From the NCBI GenBank assembly GCA_038046765.1, contig JBBSVN010000003.1:32001-96000 (forward strand): a stretch of DNA of 64,000 nt, given 5' to 3'. This document shows, piece after piece, positions 1 to 9,642 of this stretch (the first letter of the stretch is position 1; the number at the start of each line of letters is the position of its first letter). This stretch comes from Candidatus Micrarchaeota archaeon (lineage in GTDB: Archaea; Micrarchaeota; Micrarchaeia; Anstonellales; Bilamarchaeaceae). The notes below the pieces were generated by a model that was not told the origin of the DNA, made no database searches, and worked only from the letters and a program-made list of their open reading frames with translations. The position numbers and the translations under genes are program-made.

Positions 1-1144
1 TTCCAATCTTTAATTTGTAACCTTGTGCTATCGCTTCTTTTTCTGATAAACCAACATAAGCGATTTCAGGATCAGAGAAAACAACTGCAGGGATAATACT
101 CGTGTCGAATGCGCTTTTCATTCCACAGATTACTTCAGCCGCAACTTTGCCATCCATAAATGCTTTATGTGCTAGCATCGGTCCATCAACGATATCTCCA
201 ATTGCATAAATATGGTAGTCATTTGTTTTTCTTTGTGCATCAACTTTTACAAATCCTTTTTCATTTAACTGAACCTGTGTTTTTTCTAGTCCTAAATTTG
301 CTGTATTTGGTTTTCGTCCTACTGCGACTAAAACTTTTTGTGCTTCAATTGCGACCATTCCTAAATCTTTCGAGTTTATCGAAACAGTCGATTTTAAATC
401 TCCTTTTTGTATTCTTTCTGGAGTTGCGCCCTCATAAAGATCGATTCCAAGTTCCTTCATTTTAGTATAAACTGGTGCGACTATGTCCCGATCAAGTTGC
501 GAAAGTAAAACGCTTCTTGCGATCATACTAACCTTTGTACCTAATTTTGCATAGAGCATTCCCATTTCAATTGCAATATATCCCGCGCCTAATACGATCA
601 TGGATTTTGGAATTTCCTTTAGTTTTAACGCATGAGTTGAATTAATTACAATGTTTCCATCTGGTTCAAAACCCGGCAAATATGTGGGACTCGAACCCGT
701 TGCTACGATCGCTTTTTCAAATTCAACATAAGCAGTTTTTTCTTCGGTGGTTATTGAAACTTTCCTAGATGAAACAAACTTAGCCTCTGCATTAATCAAG
801 TTTATATTATACTTCTTAAATAATCCAGCAATTCCGCCTCGTAATTGTTCTATATTTTTCTCCTTCCATTCTTGAAGCTTTGCATTATCCATCTTTACAT
901 CCGCACAAATAAGTCCGAATTTAGCACCTTTCTTAGTCATTTCGTACTGGTTTGCGGCATAAATTAATGCCTTAGAAGGAATACAACCATGATTTAAGCA
1001 AATCCCGCCTAATCCGTTTGGGTCTTTTTCGATTACAGTTACTTCTTTTCCAAGTTGTGCTGCTCGTATTGCTGCAACATATCCGCCTGGTCCTCCACCA
1101 ATTACTGCGATTTCTGTTCCTGCTGGAATATCCCCTACTACGAT
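1..1144 (-). CDS. lpdA: Dihydrolipoamide dehydrogenase (E3), runs off the window start; not in ORF track
   Basis: Manual translation (I)VVGDIPAGTEIAVIGGGPGGYVAAIRAAQLG, redox motif CLNHGCIPSK, and a GAGYIA NAD-binding motif. Probable start ATC at 1144 behind AGGTGA; an in-frame GTG lies inside the SD itself. Confidence 0.95.
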   Translation of the reverse strand, partial: MVVGDIPAGTEIAVIGGGPGGYVAAIRAAQLGKEVTVIEKDPNGLGGICLNHGCIPSKALIYAANQYEMTKKGAKFGLICADVKMDNAKLQEWKEKNIEQLRGGIAGLFKKYNINLINAEAKFVSSRKVSITTEEKTAYVEFEKAIVATGSSPTYLPGFEPDGNIVINSTHALKLKEIPKSMIVLGAGYIAIEMGMLYAKLGTKVSMIARSVLLSQLDRDIVAPVYTKMKELGIDLYEGATPERIQKGDLKSTVSINSKDLGMVAIEAQKVLVAVGRKPNTANLGLEKTQVQLNEKGFVKVDAQRKTNDYHIYAIGDIVDGPMLAHKAFMDGKVAAEVICGMKSAFDTSIIPAVVFSDPEIAYVGLSEKEAIAQGYKLKIG

Positions 1145-1330
1145 AAAAATCACCTAAGAATTAAATTGATGTTATTTATTAGAAAAATGTTTCCCTCTAA
1201 ATAAATAAAAAGCAGTATGGTGTGGGGTTAGGTGAATGACGAATTTACATAGACACTTGTGTTTTTAATTTATTTCTAAATATACTTTATAATAATACTA
1301 ATAGAAGGAATATTCGTACAAGGTGAACTT

Positions 1331-1699
1331 ATGAGTTGTCCATTTCATCGAACAAAACCTACAATAATAATACCTGAAAAACAATCGAACTTTTCATCGT
1401 TAGCTGTTCTAGCATTTGCCAGCCTTTTAGCAGTTCCTCTTTTTGCCGGAGGACGTAGAGAGGAAAAACCCTTTTCAAAACACGCTGCAAGTGAATTTTG
1501 CTATGACGTCAACAGTTTTAGCGTAAGGAAACCCTCTACGGCAAAACAAAATGCAGACGCAATACATTTAAATATTTTTAACGCACCAGAAGATCTTGTT
1601 TTTCCAGCTATAGTTACTACTCAAGTAGGCACCAATGTAACTGCTCGGATTGAAGGAAAAACCTATTCATTTAGTGTATGTTCTAGTCATAAGCCTTAA
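1331..1699 (+). CDS. Hypothetical protein with one hydrophobic segment
   Basis: 122-aa ORF preceded by AGGTGA SD; no family recognised. Confidence 0.6.
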   Translation: MSCPFHRTKPTIIIPEKQSNFSSLAVLAFASLLAVPLFAGGRREEKPFSKHAASEFCYDVNSFSVRKPSTAKQNADAIHLNIFNAPEDLVFPAIVTTQVGTNVTARIEGKTYSFSVCSSHKP

Positions 1700-1747
1700 A
1701 CCTAACAAAATCGCAAGTAATAAAAAGCAAAAAAACTAATTATCTTT

Positions 1748-2428
1748 ATGGATAGTGATGGGGATGTTGTAGTAAGTAAAGAAATGCTAAAAGCAATAGG
1801 AGCAGACACTAGGATAAATATTTTAAAAGCATTAAAAGAAAGACAAAAAACTCAGAGTGAACTTGCTACTGAACTAAAATTAAGCCCTCCAACTGTGCTA
1901 GATCATGTCCAACAATTGGAAAATGCAAAACTAATAAAGAGATCAGAAGAGTCAATAGAAAGAAAATGGAAATATTACGAATTAACTTCAACTGGTAGAA
2001 AGTTGGTTGAACGAAAACGCATAAATATGATTTTTCTTTTGTCCGCTTTGGCACTATTTGTAATCGCTGCATTTGCACTATTTTATACTAATCCGTTTAG
2101 TGTTCAGGGATCAAATTTCGTTTCAGTTAGTCAAAAATCCTTTGCACCAATAGAAGTAAATAGTGAAATAATTCCTACGTCTAATCAAATTTTTGTTATT
2201 GAAAAATCATCTGGAACAAGTACGGATTCCAATGCTGAGTTTCTAAATAATCAGACTTCGCAAAATTCTTCTGTTAGAACCCCTGCCGAGGCACCCCCCT
2301 TATCCAGATCAGTTATAACTGAACCTCGGGACCAGCCGTCTCCTGGAGTAAATTCTCCTGAACCTGCCCCAGCCATACAAGAAAATAATACTAATTTAAC
2401 AAACCACACACAAAATAGCTCGGGATAA
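1748..2428 (+). CDS. ArsR-family wHTH regulator fused to a TM helix and a low-complexity C-terminal tail
   Basis: KAIGADTRINILKAL...TQSELATELKLSPPTVLDHVQQL...YYELT, followed by a hydrophobic helix and an S/P/N-rich tail. Confidence 0.85.
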   Translation: MDSDGDVVVSKEMLKAIGADTRINILKALKERQKTQSELATELKLSPPTVLDHVQQLENAKLIKRSEESIERKWKYYELTSTGRKLVERKRINMIFLLSALALFVIAAFALFYTNPFSVQGSNFVSVSQKSFAPIEVNSEIIPTSNQIFVIEKSSGTSTDSNAEFLNNQTSQNSSVRTPAEAPPLSRSVITEPRDQPSPGVNSPEPAPAIQENNTNLTNHTQNSSG

Positions 2429-2507
2429 GTTCTATAAATTCGTTTGTTTTAATTATTTAATACTATTAAACTTGTTTTTGAATATACTTATAGGGGTGTT
2501 TTTTAAA

Positions 2508-3983
2508 ATGTCATTTGAACAAAAAGAATTCAAAAAACCAGAATTTACAAAAATAAATGATTACATCTGGGAGATTCCAACTAGTTTTAAACAAGGTATG
2601 CGTGTTCCAGCAAGAATTTACGCAACAAAAAAGATACTCGATGCAATAGATTTACATGTTTACGATCAAATTACAAATGTTGCAACGCTACCTGGAATTG
2701 TAAATCATGCCTATTGTATGCCTGATGGCCACTCTGGGTACGGATTTCCAATTGGCGGAGTAGCTGCAATGGATATTAACAATGGCGGAGTAATTTCGCC
2801 AGGAGGAATCGGGTTTGATATTAATTGCGGTATGCGTTTAATCACTACAAATCTAACTATAAAAGATGTTCAACCGAAACTAAAAGAATTAATCGATCTT
2901 TTATTTAAGCGTGTTCCAGCTGGAGTTGGAAGCGAAGGATTTGTAAAAATGAACAAAACTGAATTTAGGCAGGTTATTGAGCAAGGAGCCAGGTGGTGCG
3001 TAGACAAGGGCTACGGTTGGCAGGAAGATTTGGAAGTAACTGAACTAAACGGTTGCTTCGAAGACGCAGATAATACAAAAGTAAGCGGCAAAGCCGTTGA
3101 ACGTGGTATGAATCAAATCGGAACACTTGGTTCAGGAAACCATTACCTAGAAATACAACATGTAAAAGAAGAAAATATAATCGATAAAGCGCTTGCTAAA
3201 AAATGGGGCATATTCCCAGATCAAATCGTTATTATGTTTCATTGTGGTTCACGTGGTTTTGGTCACCAGGTTGCAACTGATTATCTTAATCTTTTCTTAA
3301 GTGTTATGGAAAGTAAATACAAAATAAAGATACTCGATCGAGAATTAGCATGCGCTCCGTTTAATTCTCCTGAAGGCCAGGATTATTTTAAAGCAATGAA
3401 ATGCGCAGTTAACATGAGTTTTGCAAATAGGCAAACAATCGTTCAAAGAATAAGGGAAGCATTTTCAACTGTTTTTAAGGTTGATTCTGAAAAACTTGGT
3501 ATGAAACAAGTTTATGATATTGCACATAATCGGGCTAGCGTTGAAAAACATTTAGTTGATGGATCATGGAAAGAATTAGTTGTGCATAGAAAAGGAGCAA
3601 CCGCAGCCTTTGGCCCAAATCGACCCGAAGTTGTTGCTAAATACCGAGAAGATGGTCAACCAATCATGATCGGCGGAAGTATGGAAACTGGAAGTTACTT
3701 ACTTTCTGGTTTAGAATCTGGTGCTCAAACCTGGTACACAACAGCGCATGGTAGCGGACGAACGATGTCACGAACACGAGCTAAAGGCCAGTTTAGGGGA
3801 GACGAGCTACTAAAAGACATGGAAAAGCGAGGAATTTATGTTAAAAGCGTTTCAAATGCTGGAGTTGCTGAAGAAGCGGGCGCTGCATATAAAGATATTG
3901 ATGAAGTAATCGAAGCAGCTCATCTAAGCGGAATATCTAATAAAGTTGTTAAATTAATTCCGATTGGGAATGTTAAGGGGTAA
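2508..3983 (+). CDS. rtcB: RNA-splicing ligase RtcB
   Basis: MPDGHSGYGFPIGG, GFDINCG, GTLGSGNHYLE, HRKGAT, HGSGR motifs; ATG at 2508 preferred over upstream TTG. Confidence 0.97.
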   Translation: MSFEQKEFKKPEFTKINDYIWEIPTSFKQGMRVPARIYATKKILDAIDLHVYDQITNVATLPGIVNHAYCMPDGHSGYGFPIGGVAAMDINNGGVISPGGIGFDINCGMRLITTNLTIKDVQPKLKELIDLLFKRVPAGVGSEGFVKMNKTEFRQVIEQGARWCVDKGYGWQEDLEVTELNGCFEDADNTKVSGKAVERGMNQIGTLGSGNHYLEIQHVKEENIIDKALAKKWGIFPDQIVIMFHCGSRGFGHQVATDYLNLFLSVMESKYKIKILDRELACAPFNSPEGQDYFKAMKCAVNMSFANRQTIVQRIREAFSTVFKVDSEKLGMKQVYDIAHNRASVEKHLVDGSWKELVVHRKGATAAFGPNRPEVVAKYREDGQPIMIGGSMETGSYLLSGLESGAQTWYTTAHGSGRTMSRTRAKGQFRGDELLKDMEKRGIYVKSVSNAGVAEEAGAAYKDIDEVIEAAHLSGISNKVVKLIPIGNVKG

Positions 3984-4001
3984 TAAATTAAGGGATAACT
4001 C

Positions 4002-4934
4002 ATGGAAACAAGCATGGATCATTCAAAAGATTTAAGCAATTTGGAGCGTATTCCAATTACTCTAGTTACAGGTTACCTTGGTTCAGGTAAAACAAGTTTG
4101 CTTAAGCATATCCTAGATCGATCGAAAAAGAAAATCGCAATAATCATGAATGAATTTGGTGATATTGCAATTGACTCAAAAGTAATTAAGGGTAAGAATG
4201 TAGAAATAGCAGAGCTATCTGGGGGTTGCGTTTGCTGTTCGATGACTGGCGAATTTGAAGCCGCAGTAAAAGAAATTATTGAATTAGCAAAACCCGAATG
4301 GATAATTCTAGAAACAACAGGAGTAGCTGAACCTAGTTCACTAGTTTTTGAAATAGGAAATGATCTAAATCAAGTTCGTTTAGATGCAATTGTTACTATC
4401 GTTGATGCTGATGCGATGCTAAGGTTTCCTCAATTAGGTCATACTGGTAAAGAACAGATACAAATTGCAGATATCATTATCTTAAATAAAATCGACTTAG
4501 TTGACGAATATCAAATCCAGGATGTTATTGCCAAAATTCAGGAAATAAATCCTAATCCAAGAATAATCATCGCAAAAGCAATTCGTTCGAAAGTTCCTCC
4601 TGAATTTCTATTTGGGTTAAATCGGGATCATATAATGCAGGAACATAAAAAACACAACAATGAAACTGAAGTTTTCGTATTTGAAGAGGACATTCACTTA
4701 AATAAAGAAAAATTAGTAAAATTCTTAGAACATCTTCCAAAGGAAATTTATCGTGCAAAAGGATTTATAAAATGTGAAAACAAAGAAACTTACCTTTTAA
4801 ATTACGTTGCTGGAAGATTTGAATTAGAGCCTTTTGCAGCTAAATCAACTGAATTAGTTTTTATTGGAAAAGATGTTTTAAAGCACGAAACAGAAGTAAA
4901 AAAAGCGTTGCAGAAATGTAAACTTACTAAATAA
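4002..4934 (+). CDS. COG0523/CobW-family metallochaperone GTPase
   Basis: GYLGSGKT Walker A, NEFG, GCVCC, ETTG, NKID, C-terminal RAKG. Confidence 0.93.
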   Translation: METSMDHSKDLSNLERIPITLVTGYLGSGKTSLLKHILDRSKKKIAIIMNEFGDIAIDSKVIKGKNVEIAELSGGCVCCSMTGEFEAAVKEIIELAKPEWIILETTGVAEPSSLVFEIGNDLNQVRLDAIVTIVDADAMLRFPQLGHTGKEQIQIADIIILNKIDLVDEYQIQDVIAKIQEINPNPRIIIAKAIRSKVPPEFLFGLNRDHIMQEHKKHNNETEVFVFEEDIHLNKEKLVKFLEHLPKEIYRAKGFIKCENKETYLLNYVAGRFELEPFAAKSTELVFIGKDVLKHETEVKKALQKCKLTK

Positions 4935-4966
4935 TCAATCCAAGTCGATAAATTAAAGTTGATATA

Positions 4967-5404
4967 ATGCCTTACAAATTTTTTGATGATGTTGCAATTG
5001 CAGATGTTGCTTTTCTAGCTACTGGAAAAACAATCGAAGAAATGTTTGAAAGCGCAGGACAAGCGACAACAAACACCATGGTTAGTGACCTTAATTCAAT
5101 TATACTAAAAAAAGAAATTGTTTTCGAACTCAAATCAAACAGCCTAGAACAATTACTCCATGATTTTTTGCAGGAACTCATATTCTATAAAGATGCAAAA
5201 CTTCTTCTGTTTAAAGAATACCAGTTAAAAATAGAAGAGCGTTACAGTCAGTTCTTTTTATCTGCTAAGTTAAAAGGAGAAAAACTTAATATGAAAAAGC
5301 ATGATCTAATCGTTGATGTTAAGGCAGTTAGCTGGCATATGTTTAAGATAGAAGAAGATAAGGAAAATAAAGAATGGAATGCTTTTGTTGTTTTGGATAT
5401 TTAG
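4967..5404 (+). CDS. Archease (RtcB cofactor)
   Basis: YKFFDDVAIADVAF at the N-terminus, DVKAVSWH, C-terminal VVLDI; same operon as rtcB. Confidence 0.92.
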   Translation: MPYKFFDDVAIADVAFLATGKTIEEMFESAGQATTNTMVSDLNSIILKKEIVFELKSNSLEQLLHDFLQELIFYKDAKLLLFKEYQLKIEERYSQFFLSAKLKGEKLNMKKHDLIVDVKAVSWHMFKIEEDKENKEWNAFVVLDI

Positions 5405-5405
5405 T

Positions 5406-5828
5406 TTACTTAAACGGATTAACAACCGTTATCCAAGGTATTCTCTTGAAGTCTTTTTCGTTTTCTGTGATTATTATATCTATCTTTGATTCTTCCATAG
5501 AAGCAACAATAAGTGCATCAAAAAAATGAATTCCAAATTCATCTACCAATGCATTCGCTCTTTGAATCGTTCCTATGTTAAAAAATAAAATATTAAATGC
5601 TATTTTATAATCCGTTATCCTTGTATTTATGTCTAATCCTTTTATGTTATATTTACTAGTTAGTACATTGGAAAATTCTGATAAATTCTGAATGCTAATA
5701 AAAAGATTTCTTTCATTTACACTAGAACTAATAATATTGATCGCTAACTTTTGCTTTTCAGGGTTTTTGTCATCTTCTGCGTAAACTAATATATTAGTGT
5801 CCACTAGTTTTCTTGATCCTTGGTTCAT
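5406..5828 (-). CDS. PIN-domain (VapC-like) toxin
   Basis: LVDTNILVY...QNLSEF...HFFDALIVASM...IITENEKDF; ATG at 5828 overlaps the upstream antitoxin. Confidence 0.9.
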   Translation of the reverse strand: MNQGSRKLVDTNILVYAEDDKNPEKQKLAINIISSSVNERNLFISIQNLSEFSNVLTSKYNIKGLDINTRITDYKIAFNILFFNIGTIQRANALVDEFGIHFFDALIVASMEESKIDIIITENEKDFKRIPWITVVNPFK

Positions 5829-6069
5829 AAAGTTCTTCTCGGCTTGTGTATCCTTTAAAGCCAATATGCATCCCTTTGCGCATTCTTGAGAGCATTCTTT
5901 CTACTGCTGCTTGTCGTTCATGCTCTTTTTTTAAGTTGTTAATATAACTAGAAACTGCCTCCCAAATAAAGTCACTAAGAGAGCCCTTTTTCCCTCCCAT
6001 TACCTCTTGAGCATACTTCCTAATCTCGTTTTCTTTTTCTTGGCTAACAGAAATCATTATATTTCCCAT
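5794..6069 (-). CDS. Antitoxin, RHH-like
   Basis: MGNIMISVS...KKGSLSDFIWEAV...SREELYE; overlaps the PIN gene. Confidence 0.75.
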   Translation of the reverse strand: MGNIMISVSQEKENEIRKYAQEVMGGKKGSLSDFIWEAVSSYINNLKKEHERQAAVERMLSRMRKGMHIGFKGYTSREELYEPRIKKTSGH

Positions 6070-6108
6070 GAGTATCAACTATATATATCTATGGAAATAC
6101 TTATATAT

Positions 6109-6510
6109 CTATTTATTACCCTCTTTCTCGTTTGCCTGTATAAGTGCCTTTTTCAAAACCTCCAGACTCATTAAAGCACATTTTAATCTTGACGGGTTTT
6201 TGCTTAAATCTATTTTTATAATCCGCAAAATATCTTCTTTTTCATACTTTGCCAAGTCAACTAGCTTTTTACCTTTAATTTCTTCTGTAAGTAAACAAGC
6301 AGTTGCCTGACTTATTGCACAACCAGAACCTATGAATTTTGCTTCTTCTATAACTCCATTTTTTTCATTTACCCTAAGAAACAGTTCTATTTTATCTCCG
6401 CAAAGTGGGTTGTAGCTTTTTGCGGTTCTATTGGCTCCATCTAGCTTTCCAAAGTTTATTGGATTTTTGTAAAGTTCTAGTATAAAATCTTGATAAATAT
6501 CGTTTGGCAT
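6109..6510 (-). CDS. sufU: SufU/NifU-family Fe-S scaffold
   Basis: NPLCGD, GCAISQA, RLKCA cysteine motifs. Confidence 0.93.
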   Translation of the reverse strand: MPNDIYQDFILELYKNPINFGKLDGANRTAKSYNPLCGDKIELFLRVNEKNGVIEEAKFIGSGCAISQATACLLTEEIKGKKLVDLAKYEKEDILRIIKIDLSKNPSRLKCALMSLEVLKKALIQANEKEGNK

Positions 6511-6524
6511 CTTATCAACTCAGT

Positions 6525-6557
6525 TGCTACTGGCTACTTGCCACATGCTAACTGCTA
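6525..6557. repeat. Degenerate heptamer tandem repeat
   Basis: tgctact ggctact tgccaca tgctaac tgcta. Confidence 0.55.
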
Positions 6558-7523
6558 ATCAATATCTACATTAATTCCCTTTTCATCTATTTCTGTTTCT
6601 TTTTTCAAAAATTCTTTGTAAGTTGAATCTGTTTGACTTAATGTTTTTAATTTTCCCTCTTCAAGATATTTTGGATCGATGTACCTGAATTTTTTTCTAA
6701 GTTTTAACTGTGGGGTTTCCAAATTTACCTTGTAGTTAATTTTATTCTTAAGAGTTTGTAAAAATTTTAAGATGTGTCTATTGCCACTACTCTTAAGTTT
6801 CTCTAATACATATTCATCATCCTGGTCTAAATCTTCTAAGGTGATAATTTTCTCGTTAAGCGCCCGTTTCAAACATTCTGACATCAAATAATATCTTATT
6901 GTACTTTCCGGTCCTCCCCAGTGTTCACGATGGCACTTTGAGAATAAATACGCAAACTTTGTAGCTGTTTCTTTTGAAGAAAATACGATCGCACCATCGT
7001 GCACGATCAAATTATCAAAACATTCCTTCGCTGTTTCTTTACTATGTTCATAGTATATTTCCCTAAGTGCATAATCTATCCTGTCAGCACATAATTCGCC
7101 CTTTGGCTGCTCGAGCAATTTAAAATTTTCCAGGTTCGCCATTTTTCTAGGATTAAATCCATATTTCTTAAGTATGCTAGAAATTTTTGTTCTAAGTATT
7201 ACTTTTTCATGTATGCTGTCCTGATAACCTTCTTTAAGCGGGTCTCCTATAGCCCAATCTGCTATATGCGAAAAAGCAGTGTGAGAAACATCATGAATTA
7301 ATCCTGCGGTTTGTTCTTGTATCTCTGCGCCTAGTTTACGTAATAAAAGCATTACTCCAATTGAATGCTCGTATCTGGAATATCCTTGAAGATGGTAATA
7401 CTTTTTTGGTAAACCGTATTGCGAGATTTTCTTTAATCTTTGCATTGGTTTAGACTCTATTAGTTCTATTAAAACAGGCTCTTCTAGTTCATAGTCTCCA
7501 TAAATAAAATCAGAAATTTGCAT
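6555..7523 (-). CDS. HD-domain phosphohydrolase (YdhJ/SAMHD1-like)
   Basis: RYEHSIG, HDVSHTAFSH, ADRIDY. Confidence 0.9.
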   Translation of the reverse strand: MQISDFIYGDYELEEPVLIELIESKPMQRLKKISQYGLPKKYYHLQGYSRYEHSIGVMLLLRKLGAEIQEQTAGLIHDVSHTAFSHIADWAIGDPLKEGYQDSIHEKVILRTKISSILKKYGFNPRKMANLENFKLLEQPKGELCADRIDYALREIYYEHSKETAKECFDNLIVHDGAIVFSSKETATKFAYLFSKCHREHWGGPESTIRYYLMSECLKRALNEKIITLEDLDQDDEYVLEKLKSSGNRHILKFLQTLKNKINYKVNLETPQLKLRKKFRYIDPKYLEEGKLKTLSQTDSTYKEFLKKETEIDEKGINVDID

Positions 7524-7526
7524 GTT

Positions 7527-8738
7527 CTAAACCTTAAAAACTTTTTTTACTTCTTGTATTGCCCCAAGTAGTTTATTCACATCCTCTTTCGTGTTGTATA
7601 AATAGAAACTTGCTCTTGCACTAGCTGGGATTTTCAAATAGTCATGAAGTGGCATTGCGCAGTGATGACCGCTTCTTATTGCAATATTAAGTTCATCTAA
7701 TATTGTTGCAACATCGTGTCCATGAACACTTCCGATATTGAATGCTATTGCACCTACTTTCTTATTTGCGTTTTTTGGTCCCAAAACTTTTACATTTTCG
7801 ATCTGATTAATTTTATCTAGTGCGTACTTTGTAGTCTCTTTTTCATGTTGTTCGATTTGATCAAGTCCTATATTTTCTAAATACTCTATGGCACTACCTA
7901 AACCAATCACCTGTGCAATTGGCTGTGTTCCTGCTTCAAATTTATATGGCAGTTTGTTCCAAGTGCTTTCGTAAGTTTTTACCTCACTAATCATTTCGCC
8001 TCCGTAAAAGAAAGGGTCGCTTTTTTCTAATAATTCCTCTTTAGAATAAAGAATGCCGATTCCAGTTGGACCTAGCATCTTATGGCCTGAAAAACAAAGG
8101 AAATCACAATTCATTTTTTTTACATCAATTTTCATATGCGGTACGCTTTGCGCGCCATCTATAACTGATACGGCTCCTGCTTCATTTGCCATCTTACATA
8201 TTTGATTTACATCATTTATTGTTCCTAAAACATTTGATGCATGTGTTAGTGCAACGATCTTTGCTCCTTTTATTTTATTTTTTAAGTCCTCATAATCTAA
8301 TTCATAATTATTTGTTATTTTTACAACTTCTAATTTCGCGCCAGTTTTTTTAGCGAGCTGCTGCCATGGGACAAAATTACTGTGGTGTTCCATTACGGAT
8401 ATTACTATCTTGTCTGGTTTTTTTACAAATTTTTCCCCATAACAACGCATTACTAAGTTTATTGCATGGGTAGTTCCGCTAGTATAAATTATCTCCTTTT
8501 CACTTTTTGCACCAATAAAATCTCTTACTTTTTCGCGGGTTTTTTCGTATTTTTCAGTTGCAATTTCACTTATTTTGTAAACGCCCCGGTGTACGTTTGC
8601 GCTAAATTCCTCATAGTATTCATTCATTGCAGATATAACTTTTTTGGGTTTTAGTGAAGTCGCTGCAGAATCTAGGTAAACCAACTCTGGGTTTTTTTCG
8701 AATATTGGAAAATCCTTTTTAATCTCATTTAAATTCAT
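7527..8738 (-). CDS. sufS: Cysteine desulfurase
   Basis: YLDSAATS, SGHKMLGPTG, RSGHHCA. Confidence 0.96.
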   Translation of the reverse strand: MNLNEIKKDFPIFEKNPELVYLDSAATSLKPKKVISAMNEYYEEFSANVHRGVYKISEIATEKYEKTREKVRDFIGAKSEKEIIYTSGTTHAINLVMRCYGEKFVKKPDKIVISVMEHHSNFVPWQQLAKKTGAKLEVVKITNNYELDYEDLKNKIKGAKIVALTHASNVLGTINDVNQICKMANEAGAVSVIDGAQSVPHMKIDVKKMNCDFLCFSGHKMLGPTGIGILYSKEELLEKSDPFFYGGEMISEVKTYESTWNKLPYKFEAGTQPIAQVIGLGSAIEYLENIGLDQIEQHEKETTKYALDKINQIENVKVLGPKNANKKVGAIAFNIGSVHGHDVATILDELNIAIRSGHHCAMPLHDYLKIPASARASFYLYNTKEDVNKLLGAIQEVKKVFKV

Positions 8739-8795
8739 GGAAATCATCTATTCTAATCAGATTATAATATATAATCTTAGAGCGATAATTTTAAA

Positions 8796-8811
8796 ATTAG
8801 GCGTGCCTAAT
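8796..8811. promoter_or_regulatory. Palindromic operator (DtxR/MntR-like) in the divergent sufS/sufC promoter
   Basis: ATTAGGC-GT-GCCTAAT; resembles TTAGG-N4-CCTAA DtxR-family boxes. Confidence 0.6.
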
Positions 8812-8891
8812 ATATTACTATAATTACTATTTACCTAAGATATTAATTATAGGGTATATCTATAATTTCTTAAAAATCGGTGAAATAATTT

Positions 8892-9632
8892 ATGTTTGAA
8901 ATAAAAAATTTATTTGTTAACATTGGTCCAAAAAAAATTATTGATGACTTAAGTCTTAAAATCAACGATGGCGAAGTACATGCGATAATGGGGCCAAACG
9001 GTGCTGGAAAAAGTTCCTTAGCTAATGCGCTTATGGGTTATCCAAAGCTTGAAGTCAGCGGTCAAATAATTCTGGATTCAGATGATATTTCTAGTTTAAA
9101 GGTAAATGAACGCGCGCAAAAAGGGCTATTTTTGGGATTTCAAAATCCGCAGGAAATTGATGGTGTAAACGTTTATAATCTGCTTCGAAAAGCTAAGTTT
9201 GGTGAACAGATCAAGGATAAAAAAATAAATATGGAAGAAATGTTAAAACTCCAAAAATCTGTCGAAGAAATCACCTCTCGTCTTGGTATGGGTAAGGAAT
9301 TTATTAAGCGAGACCTAAATGTCGGGTTTTCAGGTGGAGAAAAGAAACGAAACGAAATGATTCAAATGATATCTTTAGATCCTAAGGTAGTTATTTTAGA
9401 TGAAATTGATTCTGGGTTAGATATAGATGCATTAAGGCATGTTGCAAATGCAATAAATCAAATGCGTTCTGTTGATAAAAAGAAGTGTTTCTTGCTTATT
9501 ACTCACTATGACAGAATTTTAGAACATCTAAAACCGGATTTCGTTCATGTAATGGTTGCTGGAAAAATCGTTCGTAGTGGTGATTATACTCTTGCTAAAG
9601 AAATAGAAGAGAAAGGGTATAAAGAATTTTAG
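8892..9632 (+). CDS. sufC: Fe-S assembly ATPase
   Basis: GPNGAGKS, FSGGEKKRNE, LDEIDSGLD, ITHY. Confidence 0.96.
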   Translation: MFEIKNLFVNIGPKKIIDDLSLKINDGEVHAIMGPNGAGKSSLANALMGYPKLEVSGQIILDSDDISSLKVNERAQKGLFLGFQNPQEIDGVNVYNLLRKAKFGEQIKDKKINMEEMLKLQKSVEEITSRLGMGKEFIKRDLNVGFSGGEKKRNEMIQMISLDPKVVILDEIDSGLDIDALRHVANAINQMRSVDKKKCFLLITHYDRILEHLKPDFVHVMVAGKIVRSGDYTLAKEIEEKGYKEF

Positions 9633-9642
9633 GTTGGTACTA

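Noticed and set aside
160..465. Track ORF of 101 aa on the + strand, and the many other short antisense ORFs in the track
   Set aside because: Shadow frames opposite well-supported genes (here lpdA), with no recognisable motifs.
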